A stretch of 64,000 nucleotides of DNA. Origin: a virus. The stretch is from IMG/VR virus record IMGVR_UViG_3300048582_000136, positions 9,893 to 73,892 of that record; one strand, given 5' to 3'. The stretch's first letter is position 1. The number at the start of each line of letters is the position of its first letter. Made by a program: the position numbers and the translations under genes. Positions 48,687-56,379 of the stretch are shown here, piece by piece. Below the pieces are notes generated by a model. The model did no database searches. It had not been told where the DNA came from and saw only the letters and a program-made list of their open reading frames with translations.

Positions 48687-48731
48687 GATGGTCTTTAGGT
48701 TTCCCGGACTTACAACTTAAATCCTCCCTAC

Positions 48732-48747
48732 AGATCAACGTTGATCT
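48732..48747. promoter_or_regulatory. perfect 16-bp palindrome (operator-like) in the divergent region
   Basis: AGATCAACGTTGATCT. Confidence 0.55.
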
Positions 48748-48762
48748 TTGCAAGAAATCTAT

Positions 48763-48790
48763 TTGACAACCAGTTCAGGATCACGCTAAT
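48763..48790 (+). promoter_or_regulatory. host sigma70-type promoter
   Basis: TTGACA-N16-GCTAAT, with an alphaproteobacterial-like -10 element. Confidence 0.6.
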
Positions 48791-48818
48791 CCGAATCTAA
48801 GAATCGGAAATCGATCGA

Positions 48819-48992
48819 GCAGACATACTTCAATCGACCACCAGGCAGGTTGTCATGGGCCTGGTCTCCAAACGAGTGTCCGCTCGTTTTCCTGGTGGTC
48901 GTTTCGAGCGTGGCTACGCTGAAGCAGACAGCGACTGACCAGGTTTTCGGGGCTTCTCCTGGGAGTGCCACGCTCGACTGAATCCCCTCTGC
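48819..48992 (+). ncRNA. candidate structured RNA with two tandem three-way junctions
   Basis: Two perfect 11-bp stems (48835-45/48891-901 and 48904-14/48967-77), each enclosing two hairpins. G-U pairs favour the + strand. Confidence 0.6.
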
Positions 48993-49003
48993 CCAGGACC
49001 CAA

Positions 49004-49510
49004 ATGAGCAACACACCAAGACTGACCAAGGCCCAACGCAAGATCGAGGCACTGGTCAAAGGCTGGATCTACATCGACATGTTCCACCTCAGCATTCCGG
49101 TATTTATCAGCGACGTGGATCGTGTGGCCTGGCTCTCCCACCACCAGATGGAGTTCAGCACTCTGGATCCGGACAAGAAGGTCGCAGCCATTGCCGGCTG
49201 GGCTTCGGATCCCGAAGGATGCCGTTGCATTTACATGGTCTTGCCACTGGGAGTCACCTCAGCCACCTGGGCGCATGAAGCCTCACATGTCGTGGATTTC
49301 GTCATCGAATACCTGGGGCTGGATCCAGGGCTCGAAGGCACCGAGGCTAGGGCTTACATGCTCGGCCACATCTTCTCCTCCATCGAGGACATCATGAAGC
49401 CACTTATAGCTTCTCAACCGGAGGTCTCAACAAATGAGAAACCCCGTCCTATCACTCCTGCTCCTATTGTCCCTATGTGCTCCTGCGCACGCGGAACCAC
49501 CTGGAGGTAG
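49004..49510 (+). CDS. HEXXH zincin-like metallopeptidase
   Basis: TWAHEASHVVD followed by TEARAY, giving a third-ligand Glu. Confidence 0.75.
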   Translation: MSNTPRLTKAQRKIEALVKGWIYIDMFHLSIPVFISDVDRVAWLSHHQMEFSTLDPDKKVAAIAGWASDPEGCRCIYMVLPLGVTSATWAHEASHVVDFVIEYLGLDPGLEGTEARAYMLGHIFSSIEDIMKPLIASQPEVSTNEKPRPITPAPIVPMCSCARGTTWR

Positions 49511-49802
49511 CTCCTGCTACCCCCAAGACAAAATCTCAATCCGTGATGACGGCCACGGCCGAGCAATCGTTAGCTTCTACAATTCGGAAGCCAAGTGTTC
49601 GACCAGAGACATTGACGAAATGCACACCAGCGCCAATGGCATTGTTGTCCGGGTGATCATTCATCCGAACCAACCTGATGCAAGGGACGCTGAGCGTTTC
49701 ACCGTCATCCCCCAAGGACCAGGCATGTTCGCCGATCCACCTACGTTGGATGTGCCAGATGGCGAAACCCAAGAAATCTACGTCCAAGGAGGGATGTCAT
49801 GA
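49434..49802 (+). CDS. secreted/periplasmic protein
   Basis: Signal peptide MRNPVLSLLLLLSLCAPAHA|E; GGAGG SD. Confidence 0.75.
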   Translation: MRNPVLSLLLLLSLCAPAHAEPPGGSSCYPQDKISIRDDGHGRAIVSFYNSEAKCSTRDIDEMHTSANGIVVRVIIHPNQPDARDAERFTVIPQGPGMFADPPTLDVPDGETQEIYVQGGMS

Positions 49803-49900
49803 ACGCTTTTGAAGCTGTTCTACTGATGGTGTTTTCTGGGAGCTTCTTTGCCTCAGTTTTGGTAATTGCAGCCCTGATCATTTCAGGTCGCGAGGACTGA
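49799..49900 (+). CDS. 33-aa single-TM peptide
   Basis: MNAFEAVLLMVFSGSFFASVLVIAALIISGRED*; ATGA overlap. Confidence 0.55.
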   Translation: MNAFEAVLLMVFSGSFFASVLVIAALIISGRED

Positions 49901-49988
49901 TCTCATGCACCTGAGCCTCTACCCAATCGAAGATCTTCGAGTCGAAATCGCACGTCGCGAAATCAAGTTCCAACCAAGGAGTACCCGA

Positions 49989-50315
49989 ATGAACCAAGTG
50001 ATGACACCCGCAGAGGTCGAAACCGCCCTGGCCAACAAGCCCTGGGCCGGCCAACGTGTCACTCCCGAACAGCTAGAGGAAGAGATCATCGACGAGGCCT
50101 ACCATGTCTTTCCCGGAAGCACGGTAACCGTCTGTCTTCTCTTTCTCCGCAACGGTTTCAGCGTCACCGGTGAAAGCGCCTGTGCTGTGCCCTCGAACTT
50201 CGATCCCGAGATTGGCAAGGGACTTGCCCGAGCCAATGCGAAGCAGAAGCTCTGGTCCCACCTGGCCTTCCGTCTGCGTGACAGGATCACCCAGGAAGAG
50301 ATCGCCCAGATCTGA
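49989..50315 (+). CDS. Phage Gp49/Gp66 family protein (Acb4-like)
   Basis: RVTP..L...TVC.L.LRNGFSVTGESAC..P.NFDPEIG..LA..NA..KLW; AAGGAG SD. Confidence 0.85.
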   Translation: MNQVMTPAEVETALANKPWAGQRVTPEQLEEEIIDEAYHVFPGSTVTVCLLFLRNGFSVTGESACAVPSNFDPEIGKGLARANAKQKLWSHLAFRLRDRITQEEIAQI

Positions 50316-50337
50316 TCCTACAGTCCCATAATGAATC

Positions 50338-50365
50338 GACCCCCGCTTTTGGCGGGGGTCTTTTT
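50338..50365 (+). terminator. rho-independent terminator between convergent units
   Basis: GACCCCCGC-TTTTG-GCGGGGGTC-TTTTT. Confidence 0.85.
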
Positions 50366-50763
50366 CATCCCAGGATCTTGCCGACCAGGAGCTTCATCGC
50401 GATTTCGATGACCCATCGCTCGCGCACCAAGGTCAGGTCGTCTGCCACTTCTTCTGCCCATTCCGGTCGACCATTCTCGATCCAGCCATAGGTCTGGTGC
50501 CAGAGCACCGCATGGCCGGCGCCTGTGTCTTTGACCTTGGTTCTCCAGATCTCGGCCGCACCAGTCACCAGAGCTAGCCACACACGCAGCATGCTTTTGC
50601 CTTCGGCCAGCCACAGGGCGGTGATCGCGAAGTCGTCACAGTCGCCGTGCATCCCACCAGCTTCGCGCCAGATGACACGGAAACTGTCGATCGCTTTATC
50701 AGACCTGTAGACGAAGCGCTTGGCGAAGTCTTCCATGTCCTCGTGGTAGTATCTGCTCATCAC
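50365..50763 (-). CDS. transglutaminase-like cysteine peptidase
   Basis: GDCDDFA ... GHAVL ... WIEN. Confidence 0.75.
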   Translation of the reverse strand: MMSRYYHEDMEDFAKRFVYRSDKAIDSFRVIWREAGGMHGDCDDFAITALWLAEGKSMLRVWLALVTGAAEIWRTKVKDTGAGHAVLWHQTYGWIENGRPEWAEEVADDLTLVRERWVIEIAMKLLVGKILG

Positions 50764-52532
50764 TGGAATCCATACATTCTGATCCGTCCGCTGGCAGCGT
50801 TTCCAGAGGAAAAGATGAACCGCAGAGCAGTCGTATCTTCCCGCAGAACCCTAACTCCCGAAGACTTGATCGAGTTACAATTCCCACTTGTATTGTCGAA
50901 GGATCCTTCGAATTCGATACGGGTCTTGGCTCCGCCGTTCCCTGCGCTGAACATCTTCAAAGTCCCCGTAACACCATCTTCTGTTGACGCACTTCCGACA
51001 GATGCGTTGGTCAGTTGGATCAAGGATGCTGTTGCATCTTGTGTTCCAGGGTTCAATCCACCCGAAGACAAGCCTTGAACAGCATACTCATAGTCACTCG
51101 CACCTGCAGCATAGGTTGCCCCACCATCCGTCGAAGTCCTGACAGCCAAAGCAACGCCATCCGTCACAGGCTTTACGTTGTCCAACTCCCACTCGTAGTA
51201 ACGATACAAGGAGTTATCGAACTCCGGAAAAGACACGCTGGATTGGTTGCTGATCGTCTTGTCTGCCAACAGGATTCGCCCAGTCCGGGGCACCCAATCC
51301 ATCCCCGTACCGTCTTCGTTTACAACCTGGATATATCCAGGCAGACCCGGTTCGAAAGGAGTTATAGTCGCGCCCCAATGGGTCGTTGCCCTCTGCTCAA
51401 ACCTTGCCGTGCTCCTCCGAGGCAACAGGATTGGATCTCCTGCTGCCAAAAGGTTGATGATCACCCCCGTCTGGGGATACACCCACACAGGGTTGAACGC
51501 CCGGTTGTGGATCGTCAGAATCCTACCGTTCTCTCCCGAAACCGTGTTCGGAAGGGTAACCCCCGACGGGTCAGCATCCGCTGTCTGAATGAACACCAAC
51601 CGGTCGGTCGCAGCAATCTGCCCCTGCCCCCTTGCATTGGTTCCAGCCGTGAAGCTGGTTTGGGTCGTTCCCCCCAGGAAATGCCGGCCGGCACCATTGA
51701 TCGTATACAGTGCCATTGCCGCGGCACCGGTAAAGTAAGCTGCCTTGTCACTCGCAGGGCTCAGCCCCGCCAATGCCTCCAGGATCTGGCTGAACTCCTG
51801 GACATCAGATCCCAGCACCAAACCCAGGTTGGCTCTGAACGCAGCCGCCACCCCTGTATACTCCGAGCCGGCATTTGCTGCTTCCACGTCACCGGCCCCA
51901 GCGCCTGCAGCACCTTTCGATGCCCAGACCTCCCAATACACATCTCCTAGATCATCCAGGAACACGGTCGAAGTGTGGGGAACCAAACAGAAGTAAGTCG
52001 AGCCCCCTTCTTGAACCAAGTCCGCAAAGACATAGTTCGTTGCCGCAGCCCAAGGACCTCTCCGACGGGGAACCAAGGAAGCCTCAGCCAGGACCCCGTC
52101 CAAAGCAACTTCAGCCTCATCTCTTGCATCTTCGGCCGCATCTCGTGCAGCCTCTGCCCCAACCCTCGCTGCCACCGCTTGGTTCGCATACCCCAGCATA
52201 GCGTCGACCTGGACATCCCCAGGCAACACCTCCGGTGCTTGAGCCAAGAGCTGCGTGAAGCTCAGGGTCTCTTCTTCCGGGACAAACACCATGAACTTGT
52301 GCGTGTCTCCGCCTTTGGCGGTCAGGCTCACCTGATACCTTCCAGGGTAGAGCCCAATGGTCCCCACACCCATGCTGTTGGTTACCAGGCTCACTTCATC
52401 AGGAACCACCACTGCAGTTCCCGCATCCAGGATCGTCCCATGAACCTTTGCGGATCGACGGAAACTTACCTTTGCTTCACCTTGCAGAACACCATCAGGT
52501 GTCCTGAATTCTCCCGAAATCTGGCACAGCAT
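50760..52532 (-). CDS. additional tail fibre/spike (Stf-like N-terminus, CBM-like module)
   Basis: QISG..RTPDG...LYPGRYQV; WAAATNY...LVQEGGSTYFCLVPHTS; RANLGL.LGSDVQ; beta-rich C-terminus. Confidence 0.8.
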   Translation of the reverse strand: MLCQISGEFRTPDGVLQGEAKVSFRRSAKVHGTILDAGTAVVVPDEVSLVTNSMGVGTIGLYPGRYQVSLTAKGGDTHKFMVFVPEEETLSFTQLLAQAPEVLPGDVQVDAMLGYANQAVAARVGAEAARDAAEDARDEAEVALDGVLAEASLVPRRRGPWAAATNYVFADLVQEGGSTYFCLVPHTSTVFLDDLGDVYWEVWASKGAAGAGAGDVEAANAGSEYTGVAAAFRANLGLVLGSDVQEFSQILEALAGLSPASDKAAYFTGAAAMALYTINGAGRHFLGGTTQTSFTAGTNARGQGQIAATDRLVFIQTADADPSGVTLPNTVSGENGRILTIHNRAFNPVWVYPQTGVIINLLAAGDPILLPRRSTARFEQRATTHWGATITPFEPGLPGYIQVVNEDGTGMDWVPRTGRILLADKTISNQSSVSFPEFDNSLYRYYEWELDNVKPVTDGVALAVRTSTDGGATYAAGASDYEYAVQGLSSGGLNPGTQDATASLIQLTNASVGSASTEDGVTGTLKMFSAGNGGAKTRIEFEGSFDNTSGNCNSIKSSGVRVLREDTTALRFIFSSGNAASGRIRMYGFQ

Positions 52533-52639
52533 CGGCTCAATCTCTCCATCTGATCCTTCGGATCAGATACCCATATCTACTCGATCCGTCAACCCGATCA
52601 GGTCCGATCGCGATATGGCAAAATTGTGGCCAAATTTTT

Positions 52640-52720
52640 TCAGAAGAGCATTTTGTAGTAGAGGTGGTGGTTTAGGGGTAGGGGTGGACTAACACTCCAA
52701 CACACTAACACCCCCCCCCC
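52640..52720. other. probable genome terminus / terminal-repeat region
   Basis: Strand switch, G-rich then CA-rich tract (CTAACAC twice) and C10, just before the first vRNAP promoter. Confidence 0.55.
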
Positions 52721-52734
52721 ATTCGTGTTCCTTT

Positions 52735-52754
52735 GCTGCTCCGCAGCTGGCTGG
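52735..52754 (+). promoter_or_regulatory. vRNAP hairpin promoter Pe1
   Basis: GCTGC-TCC-GCAGC then TGGCTGG; the template strand reads GC-GGA-GC, as in N4 early promoters. Confidence 0.88.
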
Positions 52755-52782
52755 ATATCCCCACCAACCATGGAGCTTCATC

Positions 52783-53118
52783 ATGTCCACCTCTGTCATC
52801 GCCTCTGGCCGTCAGTCCGTCTCCTCTGTCTTCAACGTCATCACCGCCTCGGCAGGAAGCGTGCTCTCCATTCTCGAGGCCACCACCAACGCATCCGAGG
52901 TCCTCGTCCACAAGTCCCGCGTCCTTCAGCAAGGCGCCCTCGTCCAGGCCCAAGCTGACATCGTCCACCAGCGTGGCGACATCATCCGTCAGTCGGCCCT
53001 CAAGACCGTCACCGCTCAGGAAGAGATCCACAAGCGTCTGTTCCCCGGAACCAAGTTCGATGCTCCTGCTGCATTCGCTGCTGCCCTCAAGGAAATCGAA
53101 GACGCTCTGCAACCCTAA
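52783..53118 (+). CDS. early protein (gp1-like)
   Basis: First ORF after Pe1; GGAG SD. Confidence 0.75.
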   Translation: MSTSVIASGRQSVSSVFNVITASAGSVLSILEATTNASEVLVHKSRVLQQGALVQAQADIVHQRGDIIRQSALKTVTAQEEIHKRLFPGTKFDAPAAFAAALKEIEDALQP

Positions 53119-53193
53119 AGAGCCCCTAAACCCCAAGCCTCAGCGCTTGGGGCCAAGGCTTCTCCAACGATAGCACTGATAGGTGCTCTCAGC

Positions 53194-53213
53194 CCTGCTC
53201 CGCAGGTGTCTGG
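53194..53213 (+). promoter_or_regulatory. vRNAP hairpin promoter Pe2
   Basis: CCTGC-TCC-GCAGG then TGTCTGG. Confidence 0.85.
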
Positions 53214-53243
53214 AATCCATCCTCACATCTGTGGAGTCACACC

Positions 53244-53468
53244 ATGTTCATCGACACCCAAACCGAATACGAAAAAGCTCGTAAGCAGCTGCGCCATGTG
53301 ATCAGGGAGCTGAACGCAACCGAGGAACTCCTGTCCTATCGGGAGCATCTCGGCTTCGACACGACCGAACAGATCCAAGAGATCCGGTCCCTCAACGCCC
53401 AGCATGATCGTCTCGTCTACGCCATGAGCGAATTCGAGATCGAGACTATCTACCCCTGTAACTTCTGA
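53244..53468 (+). CDS. early hypothetical protein
   Basis: GGAG SD; follows Pe2. Confidence 0.75.
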   Translation: MFIDTQTEYEKARKQLRHVIRELNATEELLSYREHLGFDTTEQIQEIRSLNAQHDRLVYAMSEFEIETIYPCNF

Positions 53469-53484
53469 ACCAAGGAGAACAACC

Positions 53485-53709
53485 ATGGTCGAGTCCCTAA
53501 CCTATAGCGTCTCCCAACCTACTCGTGAGTGGGAATGGGATGACGCAACCAAAACCCGTCTGATCTCAGTCGATGGGGAATACGAGGTCACCCAAGATCT
53601 GACCTATGGATACTGGTCGCTCTGGACGACTGAAGGCACCTACATCGATTCACACCAAGTGCCACACGCCCTCGTAATGTTGGTTGAACCCAAGGAGAAC
53701 AAACCGTGA
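53485..53709 (+). CDS. early hypothetical protein
   Basis: AAGGAG SD. Confidence 0.75.
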   Translation: MVESLTYSVSQPTREWEWDDATKTRLISVDGEYEVTQDLTYGYWSLWTTEGTYIDSHQVPHALVMLVEPKENKP

Positions 53710-53852
53710 ACCCCAAGACCCTCGATGCAGGTCCCTCGCTCGAGGGCTTCCTCGCATATCTCGCTGATTCAGCGGGAGATGTCTTCGTGCTCTACGTCAT
53801 TGGCGTAGTGGCAACCGCCTATCTCGCTCGCTACCTCAGCAAGCGGATCTGA
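53706..53852 (+). CDS. early small TM protein
   Basis: GTG start with AAGGAG SD; VFVLYVIGVVATAYLA. Confidence 0.6.
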   Translation: MNPKTLDAGPSLEGFLAYLADSAGDVFVLYVIGVVATAYLARYLSKRI

Positions 53853-53945
53853 TCATGGACCTCGCTCTCATGATCTTCATCGGAACAGTCTACTCCGCTG
53901 GTGGAGTGGGCTTCATCTTCGGCTATTTCGCAGGAAGGAACCGCT

Positions 53946-54104
53946 ATGCCCGAAGGACTTCTCGCCCAAGAATACCTGACGCTCTTCGAACAAACCGCTC
54001 CGTTCGATGAGTTCCAGAACTTCGGGATTGATCCCGATCGCGATGAACTCTTCGACGATTTCGATGACGAGGAGGACCTGTCCCAACTCGATCTCGATGA
54101 CTGA
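53946..54104 (+). CDS. very acidic early protein (possible DNA mimic)
   Basis: 52 aa, 19 D/E against 1 R; AGGAAGGA SD. Confidence 0.7.
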   Translation: MPEGLLAQEYLTLFEQTAPFDEFQNFGIDPDRDELFDDFDDEEDLSQLDLDD

Positions 54105-54110
54105 ACCAAG

Positions 54111-54142
54111 AGCCTGATCCCACAGTTGGGGTCGGGCTTTTG
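54111..54142 (+). terminator. rho-independent terminator
   Basis: AGCCTGATCCCA-CAGT-TGGGGTCGGGCT-TTT. Confidence 0.75.
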
Positions 54143-54157
54143 TCTTCTGTCCCGATG

Positions 54158-54177
54158 GCTGCTCCGCAGCTGGTTGG
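54158..54177 (+). promoter_or_regulatory. vRNAP hairpin promoter Pe3
   Basis: GCTGC-TCC-GCAGC then TGGTTGG. Confidence 0.88.
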
Positions 54178-54235
54178 GGTGCCGGGTGGAAGCCGGTGCC
54201 CTGTGTTCTGAACCCATGATCCAAGGAGATCTCTC

Positions 54236-54667
54236 ATGACTGCTTTCAACTTTCCGTCTGCCCAGGCTGCCAAGACCGAGACCGCTGCTCGTCAGGGCTC
54301 GACCAACAAGCGGGATCTGCCGCCTGCCGAATACTGGCTGAACGTCGGCATCACGCTGACCCTGCCGGTCGGTGAGAACGGCGCCGACGAAGAGGTGTTC
54401 ATCTCGCTCGGTGGTGTCGCTCTGGACTCGATCGAGCCGGTGTCGGTGCGCTCGAACTCGACCGATCGGTGGGCGACCATCGCCGCGGCGAAGAACGAGG
54501 TGCTGGCCATCCTGAAGGCAGACACTGCCACGCTGGACAAGGGCCAGGCTGCTGTTCATCCGATGCTGCAGGTTGAAGCCCGTCGTGTCGGCGAAGCTGC
54601 TGTTGCAGCCGCTCCGGCGAACGTCGTCTCGCTCGTGGCCAAAGCCATGGGCAAGGCTGCTGCCTGA
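54236..54667 (+). CDS. N4 gp2-like ssDNA-binding activator of RNAPII
   Basis: AEYWLNVG...FISL.G.ALD; sits behind its own early promoter. Confidence 0.8.
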   Translation: MTAFNFPSAQAAKTETAARQGSTNKRDLPPAEYWLNVGITLTLPVGENGADEEVFISLGGVALDSIEPVSVRSNSTDRWATIAAAKNEVLAILKADTATLDKGQAAVHPMLQVEARRVGEAAVAAAPANVVSLVAKAMGKAAA

Positions 54668-54677
54668 CCTTCAGACC

Positions 54678-54707
54678 ATGTGCCCCTCGGGAAACCGGGG
54701 GGCATGT
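54678..54707 (+). terminator. hairpin/terminator after gp2
   Basis: ATGTGCCCCTCGG-GAAA-CCGGGGGGCATGT. Confidence 0.65.
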
Positions 54708-54792
54708 TGGCCAGATCAGATAGTCCAAAAACCTAAAGGGTAAAACCCTCAGATCATCCTTGATCTTACCTAAAGATAGTCTAAAGGATATC

Positions 54793-54812
54793 CCCGCTCC
54801 GCGGGTGGTTGG
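54793..54812 (+). promoter_or_regulatory. vRNAP hairpin promoter Pe4
   Basis: CCCGC-TCC-GCGGG then TGGTTGG. Confidence 0.85.
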
Positions 54813-54880
54813 TGTTGGTCTTTGTGGCTGATGTCGCTCCGATACAAAGTTGAAATCTACCACTGAAAGTAGGAATCATC

Positions 54881-55075
54881 ATGAAGAATCCTCTCATCAC
54901 TGGTGACCTTGAGTTCCTCGAATCCCAAACAATGACCATCCTTGATGATGATCAGTTCCTCTCTTGGAACGAGCTCATCGAGCGGGGCGATCTCGTCGAC
55001 GAGGATCCTCATCGTGATCTCAAGAAGAGTGCCAGATCGAAGGCTGCTCGCAAGCAATGGAGAAAACAGAAATGA
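54881..55075 (+). CDS. hypothetical protein
   Basis: AGGA SD; first ORF after Pe4. Confidence 0.7.
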   Translation: MKNPLITGDLEFLESQTMTILDDDQFLSWNELIERGDLVDEDPHRDLKKSARSKAARKQWRKQK

Positions 55076-55230
55076 TCGTCTACATCGTGCACTGCTGCTA
55101 TCCCGACGGATCTTTCGCAGGGATCGTTGGCGCCTTTTCCGACTACAAGAAAGCCCGAGTAGAGTTGACCAGCCTGAAGGCAACCCAGCCTGACTGCACT
55201 TTCACCCCCACCCATTGTGGAGTCCAATGA
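55072..55230 (+). CDS. hypothetical protein
   Basis: MIVYIVHCCYPDGSFAGIVGAFSDYKKA...; ATGA overlaps at both ends. Confidence 0.6.
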   Translation: MIVYIVHCCYPDGSFAGIVGAFSDYKKARVELTSLKATQPDCTFTPTHCGVQ

Positions 55231-55451
55231 TGAGCATAGAAAATGGGACTTTCTCAAAAGCATACCTGAACACCCTTCGAGACGGGCAACCACAACAGGT
55301 CTCTCTCATCCATACCAAATGCTGGATTCATCCAGAAGCTGTCGTAGTGACTCACTACGAGACGGAAGATAAACATCCAGACTCCAAAAGAACCATCGTT
55401 CTCAACCCCAACACGTTCGTCAGCTTTATTGGGATTGGGTTTGCCAAATGA
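55227..55451 (+). CDS. hypothetical protein
   Basis: ATGA coupling. Confidence 0.6.
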   Translation: MMSIENGTFSKAYLNTLRDGQPQQVSLIHTKCWIHPEAVVVTHYETEDKHPDSKRTIVLNPNTFVSFIGIGFAK

Positions 55452-55975
55452 CCAAGCGTGCATACGCCGGCATCGGATCCAGGGAGACCCCTGACAGCAT
55501 GTTGGAGATGATGACCGAGGCTGCCAGGCAACTGGAAGACGCTGGTCTCATTCTCAGATCAGGTGCTGCCAAAGGTGCAGATACAGCCTTCGAAAAAGGT
55601 GTCTATCTGTGGCCGAACAAGCAGATCTTTCTGCCCTGGATAGGCTTCAATGGACGGCATCTCTACCATCCGGGAACCTATCGCCTGCATGGAGAGATCG
55701 AGGAAAAAGCCAGGGAAATAGCTGCAAAGCATCACCCTAACTGGGCAGCCTGCAATGGCACAGCCCAGCTCTTCCACACCAGGAACGTTGCCCAGGTCCT
55801 CGGACCCAACCTCGATGAGCCTGCCCTCTTCGTTCTCTGCTGGACCCCAGGTGGGAAAGGCGGAGGAGGAACAGGTCAGGCTATCCGCATCGCAAAAACC
55901 TATGACGTCCCTATCTTCGATATGGGCGCCATGACCCTCATCGACATCGCAGAACGCATCCAACAACTCCTCTGA
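55448..55975 (+). CDS. SLOG/DprA-like nucleotide-binding protein
   Basis: YAGIGSRETP, LRSGAAKGAD, RN..QV.G and GGGTGQAIRIA motifs. Confidence 0.85.
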   Translation: MTKRAYAGIGSRETPDSMLEMMTEAARQLEDAGLILRSGAAKGADTAFEKGVYLWPNKQIFLPWIGFNGRHLYHPGTYRLHGEIEEKAREIAAKHHPNWAACNGTAQLFHTRNVAQVLGPNLDEPALFVLCWTPGGKGGGGTGQAIRIAKTYDVPIFDMGAMTLIDIAERIQQLL

Positions 55976-55989
55976 AAGGAACCAGAATC

Positions 55990-56379
55990 ATGGCCAAAAT
56001 CACTTCCGTCGAAGGCGTCTCCAACGGCTACATCGCTACCAATGATTGGTACGAAAAAACCATCCACACCAGCCTGACCGATCTCGCCAACCACTACGAG
56101 GGCGACCACAAAACTGATCCAATGCACCTCGAGCCCAACATGTTCGACTTCGTCCACGCTCTTGTCGCAGCAAGAGATGGGCGCAAGATCGACGCGATCA
56201 AACTGGTCCGTACCATGTTCGGTCCAGCTTTCCGAATCTCCCTCAAGGGAGCCAAGGAGATGGTCGAAGCGATCCAGGATCAGATGAATCGTCAGACCAG
56301 CACCTACTGCAAGCAGGATGGAGATGGAGGCACCCTCGGAGAGATCCTGCAAGAGCAACTGAACAGGGTCGGTCGCTGA
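55990..56379 (+). CDS. protein with ribosomal bL12 (L7/L12) C-terminal-like domain
   Basis: KIDAIKLVRTMFG...SLKGAKEMVE resembles the L7/L12 motif KI.VIK.VR...GL.L.EAK.LVE. Confidence 0.72.
   Translation: MAKITSVEGVSNGYIATNDWYEKTIHTSLTDLANHYEGDHKTDPMHLEPNMFDFVHALVAARDGRKIDAIKLVRTMFGPAFRISLKGAKEMVEAIQDQMNRQTSTYCKQDGDGGTLGEILQEQLNRVGR

Noticed and set aside
48835-48977. Hammerhead ribozyme, tRNA or tandem glycine riboswitch
   Set aside because: It lacks the CUGANGA/GAAA core, a TTC-type T-loop with CCA end, and glycine aptamer consensus.
38292-52532. Diversity-generating retroelement or invertase shufflon acting on fibres
   Set aside because: No reverse transcriptase, recombinase or adenine-specific TR/VR pair is visible in the window.
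54831-54846. Fifth vRNAP promoter (TGTCGCTCCGATACA)
   Set aside because: The stem is imperfect, the GC-TCC-GC core is broken and the TGGYTGG element is absent.
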